DNA from: an uncultured Candidatus Saccharibacteria bacterium
GTDB taxonomy: Bacteria > Patescibacteriota > Saccharimonadia > Saccharimonadales > JACQNP01
Length of the DNA: 63,712 bases
Assembly: GCA_964610775.1 (NCBI GenBank)
Contig: CAZSZC010000004.1
Coordinates: forward strand, 1-63,712
Reading direction: 5' to 3'
The position numbers were made by a program, and so were the translations under genes. This document shows positions 21,832 through 31,811 of this stretch, one piece after another; positions within the stretch are counted from its first letter, which is position 1, and each line of letters opens with the position of its first letter. The notes under the pieces were generated by a model, which saw nothing but the letters and a program-made list of their open reading frames with translations, did not search any database and was not told the origin of the DNA.

Positions 21832-22449
21832 CTAAAGCAAGAAGCGGAGAATAGCTGTGTTTATATTAATCAGCAATGTACTGAACGGCTGGAACATAAT
21901 TACCAAGGCAAATACTATGAATAGGCCGAATGTTTCCATTCGAGCCATAAATTCCTGAATCGGCTCGGGCGCAAAAGCGTACAATAAACGCGATCCATCC
22001 AGTGGTGGAATCGGTACCATGTTAAAGACGAATATGCCGACATTTATAGCAGCGAATAAAGTTAAAGCATTTGTTGCAAAGCCAACCGTTCCGATCAGAC
22101 GAACAAGAACTGCGGCCACAATTGCCATTAGAATATTAGAGACTGGGCCCGCTATACCAATAAGCGCCGCACCATACTCACCCCATTTAACTCTCGTAGG
22201 ATTAAAAGGTACTGGCTTGGCCGCCAAGATTGGCACACCAAATAGAAATAGCGTAACTATAGGCATCAATACAGTTGTAATTGGATCAATGTGCTTAATC
22301 GGGTTGAAGCTAACTCTGCCATGCTCTAGAGCCGTATCATCGCCCAATTTATGCCCAACATAAGCGTGCATAGCCTCGTGTATGCTTAGAGCCGCAATAA
22401 TGCTAATAAGCGTCAGTGCAAGTGTTGTAAAGTCTGTGCCGAATTCCAT
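21832..22449 (-). CDS. Site-2 protease (peptidase M50)
   Basis: HEAMH zinc motif, NPIKHIDP, NMVPIPPLDG. Confidence 0.95.
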   Translation of the reverse strand: MEFGTDFTTLALTLISIIAALSIHEAMHAYVGHKLGDDTALEHGRVSFNPIKHIDPITTVLMPIVTLFLFGVPILAAKPVPFNPTRVKWGEYGAALIGIAGPVSNILMAIVAAVLVRLIGTVGFATNALTLFAAINVGIFVFNMVPIPPLDGSRLLYAFAPEPIQEFMARMETFGLFIVFALVIMFQPFSTLLININTAILRFLL

Positions 22450-22481
22450 CCCAGAATTATAGCACCTGGTTGCTTGGAGAG

Positions 22482-22700
22482 TTACTTAGCCTGCTCAACG
22501 ACTTCAGGTTTAGCCAAGAGGCCTTTTTTCTTGAGAGTACGAATTGCCTGGGTACTGAGCTTCATCTGGATTTTTTTGCCATCAACAATAACAGTCTTCT
22601 TCTGAAGATTTGGCTTCCAGACTTTTTTGGTATGGCGCTGTGAAAAGCTGACATTGCTGCCGTACTGCTTGCCTTTACCAGTTAAATCACATTTCTGCAT
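22482..22700 (-). CDS. rpmB: 50S ribosomal protein L28
   Basis: CDLTGKGKQYGSNVSFSQRHTKKVWKPNLQ. Confidence 0.97.
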   Translation of the reverse strand: MQKCDLTGKGKQYGSNVSFSQRHTKKVWKPNLQKKTVIVDGKKIQMKLSTQAIRTLKKKGLLAKPEVVEQAK

Positions 22701-22744
22701 AATATTTCCTTTAGATTCAGGTTGTTATTCTATCTGTTTTACCC

Positions 22745-25732
22745 CTATAAGTCAACACTCTCTATAGATAGATTTCCCTTTAAGGTTGGTTTTGGCTCAA
22801 ACAAACCCGTTTTTGACCTTTTAACCATCTTGAATGTCCGAGTACCCTTACGGTGCGTATATAGATAGTCATTAAACACCTCAACTGTACCTTTCTTGTA
22901 ATCTACACTTTTTATGATTCCCCAATTTTCTTTATCACTATCATTCGGGTCAAGCCAATTGAAGAATTTACCGATCACTTCGTCGCCAAAATCAGTGAAA
23001 TCATTAAGCCGATCACTATCTATATATCCCTGAGCAGCGTTAACTTTTACAACAAACCTTTCTAGCCAGTCACGCGTGTATGCCAAGATCTCGTTATAAT
23101 CACGGTTATCATAAGATGAATCATAAAATGTCAGTGATTGTAGTTCGAATTTTCGTTTCAAAAGCTCACCGTAAAACGCATCAATATGATCGGATGTTTT
23201 GTGATTAGGTAAAATAATACCCATATCAAGAATCCGTACGTCTGAACCAATTTTTTGCATACGATTATCATCAAGACTGAATTGCAGAGCAACATTAGGA
23301 TTAGTTCGCGACGTAACCATCATTACATCAGTCGTTGGATCATAGCTCACTTCTTGATCACTTAGTGGGATAAATTCGTAACCCTCTTTTTGGTCAAGCC
23401 AATCAAAACCAACCCGAGAGCCAAACTCGATGACTTTTCGAAGCTTCTCAACATAAGGACTGGCCTTCATTATATTTTCTCTGTTGTATGCGTAATTATC
23501 CCATTCATTTTCATTAACACCACTGAAGTTATCTAGAAAAGCTCCAACCTCATCGGCGCGCCTATACGCGTAAAATGGATATTCGTCGTTAAGTGTGCCA
23601 CTAACATCCAGGCTATTCCTAATGCGAATTAACTCTCTGAATAGTTTTACTAATTCAACACTAGCCTGAACATCGTCTTCCATTCTGCTACTACGAAGCA
23701 CCATATCACTTGTTTCCGATACAAAAAACATCTCTAATACTGTCGAATTATCATTATCTGTGGTTATAGAAACATCCCAACCATGACAACCAGATTCGTG
23801 ATCATCTATTTGATCATAATCCGAATGCCAAGAATAAGTGGGTGTCATCCTGTATGTGTAATCTCCAAGGTGCGCAATTATTGAATCTCCAAGCTGGTCC
23901 ATACCTAACCATGTATCACCGAAATCTGACAGATGTACTTCCCTGTCCATAAATATATTATTCCTGCCAATTTTTTTTCGACTTCTGGTGCTTCTATCTA
24001 TAAAGTTAATTGTTTCGGGATGACGATTAATAATGTCTTGAACCGTTAGGATAATTGCATCAGGTAACTCCGTCTCATTTATATCGTTAATAATTTCGTA
24101 AAATGACTTGCTGCCATAACCCACTGCGTTCATCATCTCAGTAAGATCTAAGTCAGTAGCGGCTTGCAGACTCCGAAATGTTGGGCCCATACCTCTCTTT
24201 GACATGTCGGCAAGAACCGTTTTGCTCAAAGGAGCAGTCACTGCTGAATGCTGTTTTGCAACCTTTCGACGACCTATCATATCAACATAAGCTAATGCTT
24301 CAAATTCAGTCAGGTTCTCGAATAGCTTCTTCTTCTCTATATAATCTTTTTGCTCATCAATCGCTTCCACGACCTTCAAAAGCTCTTCATCTAACTCAAA
24401 CTTGGCACCAAGACTTCTCGGTACATTTATCCAGTCTGGTTCGTTATAGTCTTTTTCGTTCGGTTCACTCCGTGAACTTTGTTTATATTCGGTTGCCTCA
24501 AGAGCGTAATTAGTTATACCGTGCATCAGGTTATAAATGAATTCGAGACGTTTCGCATTGGCTACATAGTCCAAAACAAGTAATGAAGACCCATCTTCAG
24601 CCGGCTCAAGCCCACGACCGAGTTGCTGTATAAATATATTCTCCGATTCTGTCGATCTGTAGAATGCGATAACGTTTGCCGAGGGCAAATCAATGCCCTC
24701 ATTGAGCATATTAATCGAGATCACGTGATCTACTTCGCCTTCTCTAAAGCGTCGGATGGCTTCATCGTTTTCTTGATCAGTTTGACCACTGTGAATTACT
24801 GATGAATTCGGCAAGTAGCATGCAATGTCCTCCGCCTGCTGGATGCTTTGAGCAAAATGTATGACTTTTGGATCGCGTATTTCGGCTGTCTCTATTTCTT
24901 TTTGACCTCGCTTAATCATCTCTTTCAGGTTTGGGTCGATTCTAGCAGTCACTTTATTAAGATCAGACACCGATGGCGCACCGTCTTCGACTAGCGATTT
25001 AACTGTATCCTCTAGCATTACTTTGTAGGTCATAGGCCGCAGATTACCCCGAACGATACCTTCTGCAAGAGGGGCATCAACAACTTCCTGACCATAGGTT
25101 CTACGAATGTCTAATTGATCAAGTCTATTCGGTGTAGCCGTAATACCAAGACGAACGTCTGGGACAAAGTATTGAATGACTTCCTTATATGTTGGTGCTT
25201 CTGAGTGATGACTTTCGTCAACTATCTTGAAACCAAAGTGGCGCCTAGAGAATCGTGAGCCAACCTCCCCTCTAATCGACTGGAAGGTGCTAAACAGCAT
25301 ATCGAATTCATCAAATTCTTTTTTACCTCCGTGAAATTCTCCAGCCGAGAAGGTGTCGCCCCAACGACGTTCAAATTTTTCACGCCCATCTTTTATCAAG
25401 CCTTTTGTGTGCGCAAGATATAAACCGCGAGCATCTGGATTTTCCTGCTTGTAGCGGTTGAAAAACGCCATGGCTACCTCAAACTTACCCCAACGCGTGT
25501 GGGCATTCATGAGCATATTAGCTATTGTGAACTTCTCTTCGCCGTCTTCTGTTATTACGGTGACAATTTCAGGCGATCTGGGATTTGCTTCCTCATAAGA
25601 CAATATCTCTAGAGCTGCTCTCTGGTCGTCGCGAAGAAACGCCTCGTTGTCATGAGGCTCGGGTAAGCTATCAATAAGATGCAGATGGGTTGTGTGTGGA
25701 CCAATTTCTGGCCACACTTCTTGAGCAGACAT
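22745..25732 (-). CDS. Superfamily II helicase-like protein (ResIII type) with degenerate ATPase motifs and a long unknown C-terminus
   Basis: DESHH, TATPNR, EGIDLP, QQLGRGLE; Walker A is AHTRWGKF. Confidence 0.85.
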   Translation of the reverse strand: MSAQEVWPEIGPHTTHLHLIDSLPEPHDNEAFLRDDQRAALEILSYEEANPRSPEIVTVITEDGEEKFTIANMLMNAHTRWGKFEVAMAFFNRYKQENPDARGLYLAHTKGLIKDGREKFERRWGDTFSAGEFHGGKKEFDEFDMLFSTFQSIRGEVGSRFSRRHFGFKIVDESHHSEAPTYKEVIQYFVPDVRLGITATPNRLDQLDIRRTYGQEVVDAPLAEGIVRGNLRPMTYKVMLEDTVKSLVEDGAPSVSDLNKVTARIDPNLKEMIKRGQKEIETAEIRDPKVIHFAQSIQQAEDIACYLPNSSVIHSGQTDQENDEAIRRFREGEVDHVISINMLNEGIDLPSANVIAFYRSTESENIFIQQLGRGLEPAEDGSSLLVLDYVANAKRLEFIYNLMHGITNYALEATEYKQSSRSEPNEKDYNEPDWINVPRSLGAKFELDEELLKVVEAIDEQKDYIEKKKLFENLTEFEALAYVDMIGRRKVAKQHSAVTAPLSKTVLADMSKRGMGPTFRSLQAATDLDLTEMMNAVGYGSKSFYEIINDINETELPDAIILTVQDIINRHPETINFIDRSTRSRKKIGRNNIFMDREVHLSDFGDTWLGMDQLGDSIIAHLGDYTYRMTPTYSWHSDYDQIDDHESGCHGWDVSITTDNDNSTVLEMFFVSETSDMVLRSSRMEDDVQASVELVKLFRELIRIRNSLDVSGTLNDEYPFYAYRRADEVGAFLDNFSGVNENEWDNYAYNRENIMKASPYVEKLRKVIEFGSRVGFDWLDQKEGYEFIPLSDQEVSYDPTTDVMMVTSRTNPNVALQFSLDDNRMQKIGSDVRILDMGIILPNHKTSDHIDAFYGELLKRKFELQSLTFYDSSYDNRDYNEILAYTRDWLERFVVKVNAAQGYIDSDRLNDFTDFGDEVIGKFFNWLDPNDSDKENWGIIKSVDYKKGTVEVFNDYLYTHRKGTRTFKMVKRSKTGLFEPKPTLKGNLSIESVDL

Positions 25733-25798
25733 ACTAACTCCAAATAATCTTGTAGATTATACAATTTTAAGCAAGTTTTTACAATAGTCTGATATCTG

Positions 25799-26065
25799 TT
25801 AGTTAATTACTCTGAATCTTGGCAATTTTTTACCATGATATTCAACATTTTCGAGCCAGTTATCTAGTGAACGCACAAAAGTGAGTTCTGGATCATAATC
25901 GGCACGATAAATTACACATAGCTGGTCGTCTGCCTCAGTTATTGCAATGTTTGTCACGGTGTAAGTTTTATCTGGGCTTTTGTAATGTACGTACTTGCCG
26001 CCAATGATAACCTTCGTACCCGCCATGGCTATCTTGCGCTTTAACTCATTTGCAGGTATGTGCAC
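25799..26065 (-). CDS. DUF1653-like small protein
   Basis: GGKYVHYK..YTV..VIYRA..FVRSLDNWLE. Confidence 0.8.
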   Translation of the reverse strand: MHIPANELKRKIAMAGTKVIIGGKYVHYKSPDKTYTVTNIAITEADDQLCVIYRADYDPELTFVRSLDNWLENVEYHGKKLPRFRVIN

Positions 26066-26067
26066 AG

Positions 26068-26697
26068 CTACAAAACTCCGAGATCAGACAGGCTATCCAA
26101 CAAGGCCTGATAACCCGTATACAGCACCGGTGTATAACCACACTCCGATGCTGTACTCAAGCTCTTCTCGGTATCATCGATAAAGACAAGTTCTGACATC
26201 TCAACTCCAAGTGCTTCAGCAAAAAAGATGAATGCGTCAACACGTGGTTTCATGTGTTTGACTTCTGAGGATGCGTGGAATACATCAAAATGAGCTGGAA
26301 TTCCTAGTGCTCGCATATCAGCTGCACCCGTAAGGGTTGTATTACTGAGTAACCCTAGCTTATAACCCATACCTCTTAATGAATCTACAAGCTCCAAAAT
26401 TTTGTCATCAACAATCTTCAGATTACGCTCCACCTCAGTATTAAGTACAATAATATCGTCGAGTTTTTCCGAACCCTTGCCTAGCTTTTGCAAAAAAAGC
26501 CGCCAAAATTCTTCCCAACTATCTAATTCGCCAAGCTGCATGAGATGATTCATCGAAAAGTAGGTTTCATCGAAATCCTGCTTTGTTATACCTAGTAACT
26601 TACATACCTTTTGAGTAAAAGGTGCGCCATTACTGTTGTTTCCGCCAATCACCCCACCATAATCAAAGCCGATCGCTTTATATTTAGAAATAGGCAC
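26068..26697 (-). CDS. HAD-family hydrolase
   Basis: FDYGGVI, LLSNT, MKP, FIDD motifs. Confidence 0.9.
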   Translation of the reverse strand: MPISKYKAIGFDYGGVIGGNNSNGAPFTQKVCKLLGITKQDFDETYFSMNHLMQLGELDSWEEFWRLFLQKLGKGSEKLDDIIVLNTEVERNLKIVDDKILELVDSLRGMGYKLGLLSNTTLTGAADMRALGIPAHFDVFHASSEVKHMKPRVDAFIFFAEALGVEMSELVFIDDTEKSLSTASECGYTPVLYTGYQALLDSLSDLGVL

Positions 26698-26702
26698 GAT
26701 TT

Positions 26703-27329
26703 CTACTGCCTTTCAAGTACGACAAGTTGAGTAAGCTCGCCAATATCAACGGACTTCAGTTTAAGCTTATCGAGCGGCTCCTTCGGCTCCATACTCAATG
26801 CCTTTAGAGCTTCGTCCAAAGGCTGTTGTGGTACTTCATACTTGAGTACCTTGTCCGAATAGTGAGTAGGAATAATCAGCTTGGGCTCAATCTTCTTAAT
26901 GACTTTCAATGCACCGACTGGATCAAGAGTGTATCCACTGCCGCCTACAGGGATAATTATCATATCGATTGTGCCTATAGCTTCGAGCTGTTCCTCGCTA
27001 AGATCTGGATATATGTGCCCCATAACAGCTACTCTAATATCATCAATTACAAGTCGATAAATAATAGCCGACTTCTTGCCAGCCTCGTCCATATGAGCCC
27101 GGGCAGAGATGCCTTTAATAGACACATTGGATACCTCGTACTCACCTGGCGCGTCTATTACTAGTTTTACATCGGCTTTCGGATCGCTGTGAGTAGTCGT
27201 GAATAGGGCAATATCACCGGCTTTGGTTATAGACTTCTGGCCAAGATCAACCAAATTATCATCTATGACTAAATTAGCTTTTTTGCTACTAATGCGCACA
27301 CAGTTAGCGCCATAAAATTGTACTTCCAC
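26703..27329 (-). CDS. MBL-fold metallo-hydrolase-like protein
   Basis: PGEYEV, VAVMGH, GTIDMIIIPVGG, IIPTHY. Confidence 0.85.
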   Translation of the reverse strand: MEVQFYGANCVRISSKKANLVIDDNLVDLGQKSITKAGDIALFTTTHSDPKADVKLVIDAPGEYEVSNVSIKGISARAHMDEAGKKSAIIYRLVIDDIRVAVMGHIYPDLSEEQLEAIGTIDMIIIPVGGSGYTLDPVGALKVIKKIEPKLIIPTHYSDKVLKYEVPQQPLDEALKALSMEPKEPLDKLKLKSVDIGELTQLVVLERQ

Positions 27330-27332
27330 TAC

Positions 27333-27974
27333 TTACTCCTCCTCTTTTGATTTCTTTTTGAGCTCTTTTTTGGGTTCTGGCTTAGGCTTTGGTGTCAATA
27401 AATAATGCTTGTCGAATAAAACCTGCATCTTGGAACTTAAAACAAGTGCAATAAACCGATCATTAATCTGATTTCTATAGTTATACTCTTCTATCGTCAT
27501 GACAGCGTATCGAAGCTCTTTGCCTTCTTTCTTTTCTAGCTCTGCGACATGTTTTGAGACTTTTGTAGGGTTAACGTCGCCAATTATTACTACATCTACA
27601 CCGGATTTTTCGTCTCGAGTAAACTGACCTGTATAAATGACTAGATCTACATTTCCCAGCGCTGTCAGATCTGAGGTGGCCTCATCTGGTTTTGATTCTG
27701 TTGGTGCACTTGAACCTTGTGCTCCGCCAAAAATAGTTGATAACGGAACATAAAATTCGTATTTCTGATTTACTTCATAGTAAAGCTTATTGTTATTGTT
27801 GTCCGAAGAGATAATGCCAATACTGAGTAAATTAGCGAGCTCTCTCCTGACGGAGTTAATTTGCTCGTCGATCTTTCGAGTAATTTCACGCACGTAGAAC
27901 GGACGATTTGGATTGCTATAGAACAATTTCAATAGCTTTACCCTAGTCTTGCTCCCAAATAATTGCTCAACCAT
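27333..27974 (-). CDS. Winged-HTH regulator fused to a degenerate nucleotidyltransferase-like domain
   Basis: LFGSKTRVKLL, YVREITR..INSVRRELANL; C-terminal TGQF..GVDVVIIGD. Confidence 0.8.
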   Translation of the reverse strand: MVEQLFGSKTRVKLLKLFYSNPNRPFYVREITRKIDEQINSVRRELANLLSIGIISSDNNNNKLYYEVNQKYEFYVPLSTIFGGAQGSSAPTESKPDEATSDLTALGNVDLVIYTGQFTRDEKSGVDVVIIGDVNPTKVSKHVAELEKKEGKELRYAVMTIEEYNYRNQINDRFIALVLSSKMQVLFDKHYLLTPKPKPEPKKELKKKSKEEE

Positions 27975-28005
27975 GCACTCATTGTAACAGATGGGAGCTA
28001 CATTA

Positions 28006-28791
28006 CTACTGTTTTTTGTTCAAGAATGTTGTGAGAATATCTACATAATCTTCCCTGTTATCGAGCCAATGAATACTTTTGTTGCGTTTGAACCATGTGC
28101 GCTGACGTCGAGCGAGCAAATAATCATTCCTAATGAATTGCGCCTTTGCTTCATCGAGTGATATTTTGTTTTCAATAATATAGTCGCGAAAGGCCCGATA
28201 GCCCGGTGCCTGAAGTGCCTTAGTACCATCGCCATACTTTGAGTATAGATACCTCACCTCATTCTCAAAACCTTGACTCAGCATCTCATCTACTCGATCT
28301 GTAATTCGTTGTTTTATAACCTCCAAGTCTGGATTAAGCCCAAGTAATAGTGTGTTATCCCTCATATTGTGTCTGATTTGCGGCTCTGACTTGTCTAGAT
28401 GACGAGGATTGGTTGAATCTCGCTTAGCGTCTTTTGGTGCAAATTCAAAGTCAAACAAGACTGCATCAATATATAAACCACTACCCCCAACCATAATTGG
28501 TAATTTGCCCCTATCGTGAATATCGTGAATAGATTCTTTGGCTAGTTTCTTAAAGTCCACCACAGTGAAGTGCTCATCTGGCTCAACAACATCCAATAAG
28601 TGATGTGACACAAGTTCTCGTTCCACATTAGTCGGTTTGGCAGTACCTATATCCATATACTTATAGACTGTGCGCGAATCAGCACAAATAATCTCACCAT
28701 CAAACTTCTGAGCTACTTCGATTGCCAATGCCGTTTTACCAGAGGCCGTAGGACCAACAATGACAATTAGTGGGGCTATCGTGGATACCAT
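28006..28791 (-). CDS. miaA: tRNA dimethylallyltransferase (short form)
   Basis: GPTASGKT, ADSRTVY..DIGTAKP, HHLLD, GGSGLY, LARRQRTWF. Confidence 0.95.
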   Translation of the reverse strand: MVSTIAPLIVIVGPTASGKTALAIEVAQKFDGEIICADSRTVYKYMDIGTAKPTNVERELVSHHLLDVVEPDEHFTVVDFKKLAKESIHDIHDRGKLPIMVGGSGLYIDAVLFDFEFAPKDAKRDSTNPRHLDKSEPQIRHNMRDNTLLLGLNPDLEVIKQRITDRVDEMLSQGFENEVRYLYSKYGDGTKALQAPGYRAFRDYIIENKISLDEAKAQFIRNDYLLARRQRTWFKRNKSIHWLDNREDYVDILTTFLNKKQ

Positions 28792-29090
28792 TGTAGCTCT
28801 ACCATGGATACCTTATTATTTATAAACTTTATTCCTTCGGCCTCTAGTGCAGCTTGATGGCCGGGTATGCCACCTGGATAGCCTTCGGCCAGTGAACCAT
28901 CCTTCTTGACTACTCGCTGCCACGGTAGTTCTGGATCGCCAAAATGAGCGATTCCGCCAACAATCCGAGCTGCTCTAGGGCTGCCACATATAGCTGCGAT
29001 CTGGCCATAAGTCATGACTTTACCCTTAGGAATCTGCGATACAAGCTCATAAACTCTCTCCTTGAATTGACTATCGGCTCTTCTCGTCAA
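28776..29090 (-). CDS. Alkyltransferase-like (ATL/MGMT family) protein lacking the catalytic Cys
   Basis: IPKGKVMTYGQIA, ARIVG, PWQRVV in place of PCHRV. Confidence 0.9.
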   Translation of the reverse strand: MTRRADSQFKERVYELVSQIPKGKVMTYGQIAAICGSPRAARIVGGIAHFGDPELPWQRVVKKDGSLAEGYPGGIPGHQAALEAEGIKFINNKVSMVELQWYPR

Positions 29091-29676
29091 AATACGCCTC
29101 TACATCGGCCCAGCTATTTACCCTTGTAACTGCCTTAGGCAATTCATCGGCTCTATTCCAACTATAGTCCCCAAAAAGTAGCGATTCAATGCCTGCTTCG
29201 GCAGCCGCCAAACAATGCTTCAGCTGATCATCAATTAAATAATCTGCTCCTAGCTCCCTGCAAATTTCAGCCTTAGTCAATCTATATGATTTGGCGGCTA
29301 AAGTGTCGAAAAACCCTGCATGCCTAATGCTTTTGAAGACTTTACCAAAATATTGCTCAAGCCATACTGCAGTATGAGCTTTCAGGGCATTTCGTCTAGA
29401 GGTTACGATTACTAATTCATACGTCTCAGCCAACTTATGTACCACAGGCACAGCATCTTGAAAATGCGGATAGTCAGCAACGATCCCAAGATCAGCAAAC
29501 TCAACCATTCGTCTTTCTACTTCGTGGTGGTCAACACCCCACATGGTACGAAAATCTTCCTGAAAATCCTCCATGGTGAGTTCGGTATGCCAGCGCCCGT
29601 TACTGAAATCAATAAATGTCTGTGCATTAGCTGCTAGAACATCATCAAGATCAAGTGCGATTATTTGTTTAGGCAT
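29071..29676 (-). CDS. 5'(3')-deoxyribonucleotidase-like HAD phosphatase
   Basis: LDLDDVLA, VTSR, KAEIC, IDD. Confidence 0.8.
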   Translation of the reverse strand: MPKQIIALDLDDVLAANAQTFIDFSNGRWHTELTMEDFQEDFRTMWGVDHHEVERRMVEFADLGIVADYPHFQDAVPVVHKLAETYELVIVTSRRNALKAHTAVWLEQYFGKVFKSIRHAGFFDTLAAKSYRLTKAEICRELGADYLIDDQLKHCLAAAEAGIESLLFGDYSWNRADELPKAVTRVNSWADVEAYFDEKSR

Positions 29677-31538
29677 TACTTCTGAGCTTTCATTCCATAT
29701 AGTGAAGTTTTGTTAGTTCTAGCTTTTGCTTCGTTAGCTACAGTTTTTAGGAATATTTCGGTGTCGACTGGTTCATCCTTTTCCTGAACCACTATGTCCT
29801 TACGAATACGCGGAATAACTTTGCTAGTTTCAATTTCCTTCTCACCGATTACTACTGTGTATGGCACTTTCCAAACTTCAGCCTCGCGAATCTTTTTACC
29901 AACTGATTCATTACTATTATCTACATTGATGCGAATACCCAGCTCTTTAGCCCGCTCAACTATGCCATCCGCAAACTTAATAGTCGTATCTTCTTGATTG
30001 ACCGTAATTAGACGCACTTGTTCTGGGGCTAACCAAACTGGAAAACGCCCGCCAGTGTGTTCTATATAGACACTCAGGAAACGCTCAATCGAGCCCAGAA
30101 TTGCTTTGTGCACCATAGCAGGTCGATGTTTTTGGCCATCTTCACCGGTATATTCTAGTTCAAACCTTTCTGGCTGAACGAAGTCTAACTGAACTGTTGC
30201 GCACTGCCATTTTCGACCAAGTGCATCTGATACATAAATATCAATCTTAGGACCGTAAAATGCAGCTTCACCAAGTTCAACTTTGTAATCAAGTTCTTCT
30301 TCCTTAGCTATCTTCTCCAAAGTCTTCTGGGCTTTATCCCATACTTTTGGATCACCGAAGTAATTATCGCCATCGTCACGGAACGACAAATCGACACTCA
30401 GTGGCATATCAAGCACCATATACATTTGCTTAACTACGCTTATGATCCCACGCATTTCTTCTTCTATTTGATCATGACGCACAAATGCATGTGAGTCGTC
30501 CTGTGTCAGTGCTCTCACCCGAGACAAACCATGAAGTTCACCACTTTTTTCATCACGATACATTGTCGTTGTTTCCATATAACGAATAGGTAGATCGCGG
30601 TAACTCCTAGGGCGGGAAGCGTAGATCTGAGCCACATGCGGGCAGTTCATCGGCTTCAACATAAATTTGTCATCTGACTCAACACTAGAGACATCAAAAC
30701 GCTCAGGATACTTATCATAGTGGCCTGAGACTTTATAAAGTTCAGTTCGTGTCATATGAGGTACCCAAACCGCTTCATAACCAATACCTCGCTGTAGTTC
30801 TTCTGAGAATCTTACCAGCTCATTTCTAAGAATTGTTCCACGAGGAGTAAATAGGGGTAGGCCAGGCCCGACTAGATCGGAGATCACAAATAGGTCAAGT
30901 TCTTGGCCAAGCTTACGGTGATCGCGCTTTTTAGCCTCTTTCAACATTTCTAGATGCTTATCGAGCTCTTCCCTGGTTTCGAAAGCCACACCGTAGAGGC
31001 GTTGCATTTGCGGGTTTTTCTCGTTACCACGCCAGTAAGCACCGGCTACTCGCATAAGCTTGAATGGACCAACCTTGCTGGTCTTTTCTACATGGGGACC
31101 ACGACACAAATCTGTAAAATCACCGTTTTGATAGAACGATACTTCTTCTACTTTACTATCACCTTCGGTAATAGTTCCCAGCTCGTCAGCATCAAGATCT
31201 TTGGCTACAGTGGTACCAGCACGCTTCAAGTCATTAAGTAATTCCTCTTTATATGGCTGATTGCTATCCTTAGCCCATTTTATAGCCTTATCGACCGGCA
31301 TGGTCGATCGCTCAAACTTTTGGCCTAGTTTGATAATCTTCTTCATTTCCTTTTCGATTTTCGGGAAATCATCTTCCGAGATTTTCACATCTCCTAGATC
31401 AATATCATAGTAAAAGCCATTCTCAACTACCGGACCAACACCTAGCTTAGCCTCCGGCCAAAGCGTGGTTACAGCCGTCGCCATTATATGAGCCAAACTA
31501 TGCCTCATTGCATGTAAGTTGTCTTGTTGATCAGCCAT
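29676..31538 (-). CDS. thrS: Threonine-tRNA ligase (no TGS domain)
   Basis: RHSLAHIMA, DLCRGPH, RDHRKLG, KPMNCP, GLSRVR, AFYGPKID, QLDF, HKAILGSIERF. Confidence 0.99.
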   Translation of the reverse strand: MADQQDNLHAMRHSLAHIMATAVTTLWPEAKLGVGPVVENGFYYDIDLGDVKISEDDFPKIEKEMKKIIKLGQKFERSTMPVDKAIKWAKDSNQPYKEELLNDLKRAGTTVAKDLDADELGTITEGDSKVEEVSFYQNGDFTDLCRGPHVEKTSKVGPFKLMRVAGAYWRGNEKNPQMQRLYGVAFETREELDKHLEMLKEAKKRDHRKLGQELDLFVISDLVGPGLPLFTPRGTILRNELVRFSEELQRGIGYEAVWVPHMTRTELYKVSGHYDKYPERFDVSSVESDDKFMLKPMNCPHVAQIYASRPRSYRDLPIRYMETTTMYRDEKSGELHGLSRVRALTQDDSHAFVRHDQIEEEMRGIISVVKQMYMVLDMPLSVDLSFRDDGDNYFGDPKVWDKAQKTLEKIAKEEELDYKVELGEAAFYGPKIDIYVSDALGRKWQCATVQLDFVQPERFELEYTGEDGQKHRPAMVHKAILGSIERFLSVYIEHTGGRFPVWLAPEQVRLITVNQEDTTIKFADGIVERAKELGIRINVDNSNESVGKKIREAEVWKVPYTVVIGEKEIETSKVIPRIRKDIVVQEKDEPVDTEIFLKTVANEAKARTNKTSLYGMKAQK

Positions 31539-31559
31539 TTGTCACTCCTTTTGTCGAAA

Positions 31560-31738
31560 TTAATAAACGCGCCCGATAAATACACATGACTATGTAATTA
31601 TGTAGCGCGTCTCGGGCCCAAAATCATACGTCGCACAATTTTAGGCGGTTCCACCGGACTTTTACTTATGATGCTCGCGTTACGTACGCTGCAACTGCCA
31701 ACGGAGCTCCGTAGTTGGTGAATCTACCTCATCGCTCA
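31560..31738 (-). promoter_or_regulatory. T-box riboswitch upstream of thrS
   Basis: GTCCGGTGGAACCGC (31645-31659); antiterminator partners ATTTTGGGC and CCGAGAC; competing GCCCGA/TCGGGC stem; TATACT at 31745-31750. Confidence 0.75.
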
Positions 31739-31771
31739 TTTACAAGTATAACACGCCCCTGTTAAACAAAT

Positions 31772-31811
31772 AAAAAAGTTGAGTATTCTCGCAATGACAC
31801 TCAACTTTTTT
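31772..31811. terminator. 13-bp inverted repeat, terminator-like
   Basis: AAAAAAGTTGAGT/ACTCAACTTTTTT. Confidence 0.75.

Noticed and set aside
28006-28791. miaA as a pseudogene because it is short
   Set aside because: The frame is intact and all catalytic motifs are present; an in-frame internal reduction is more likely.
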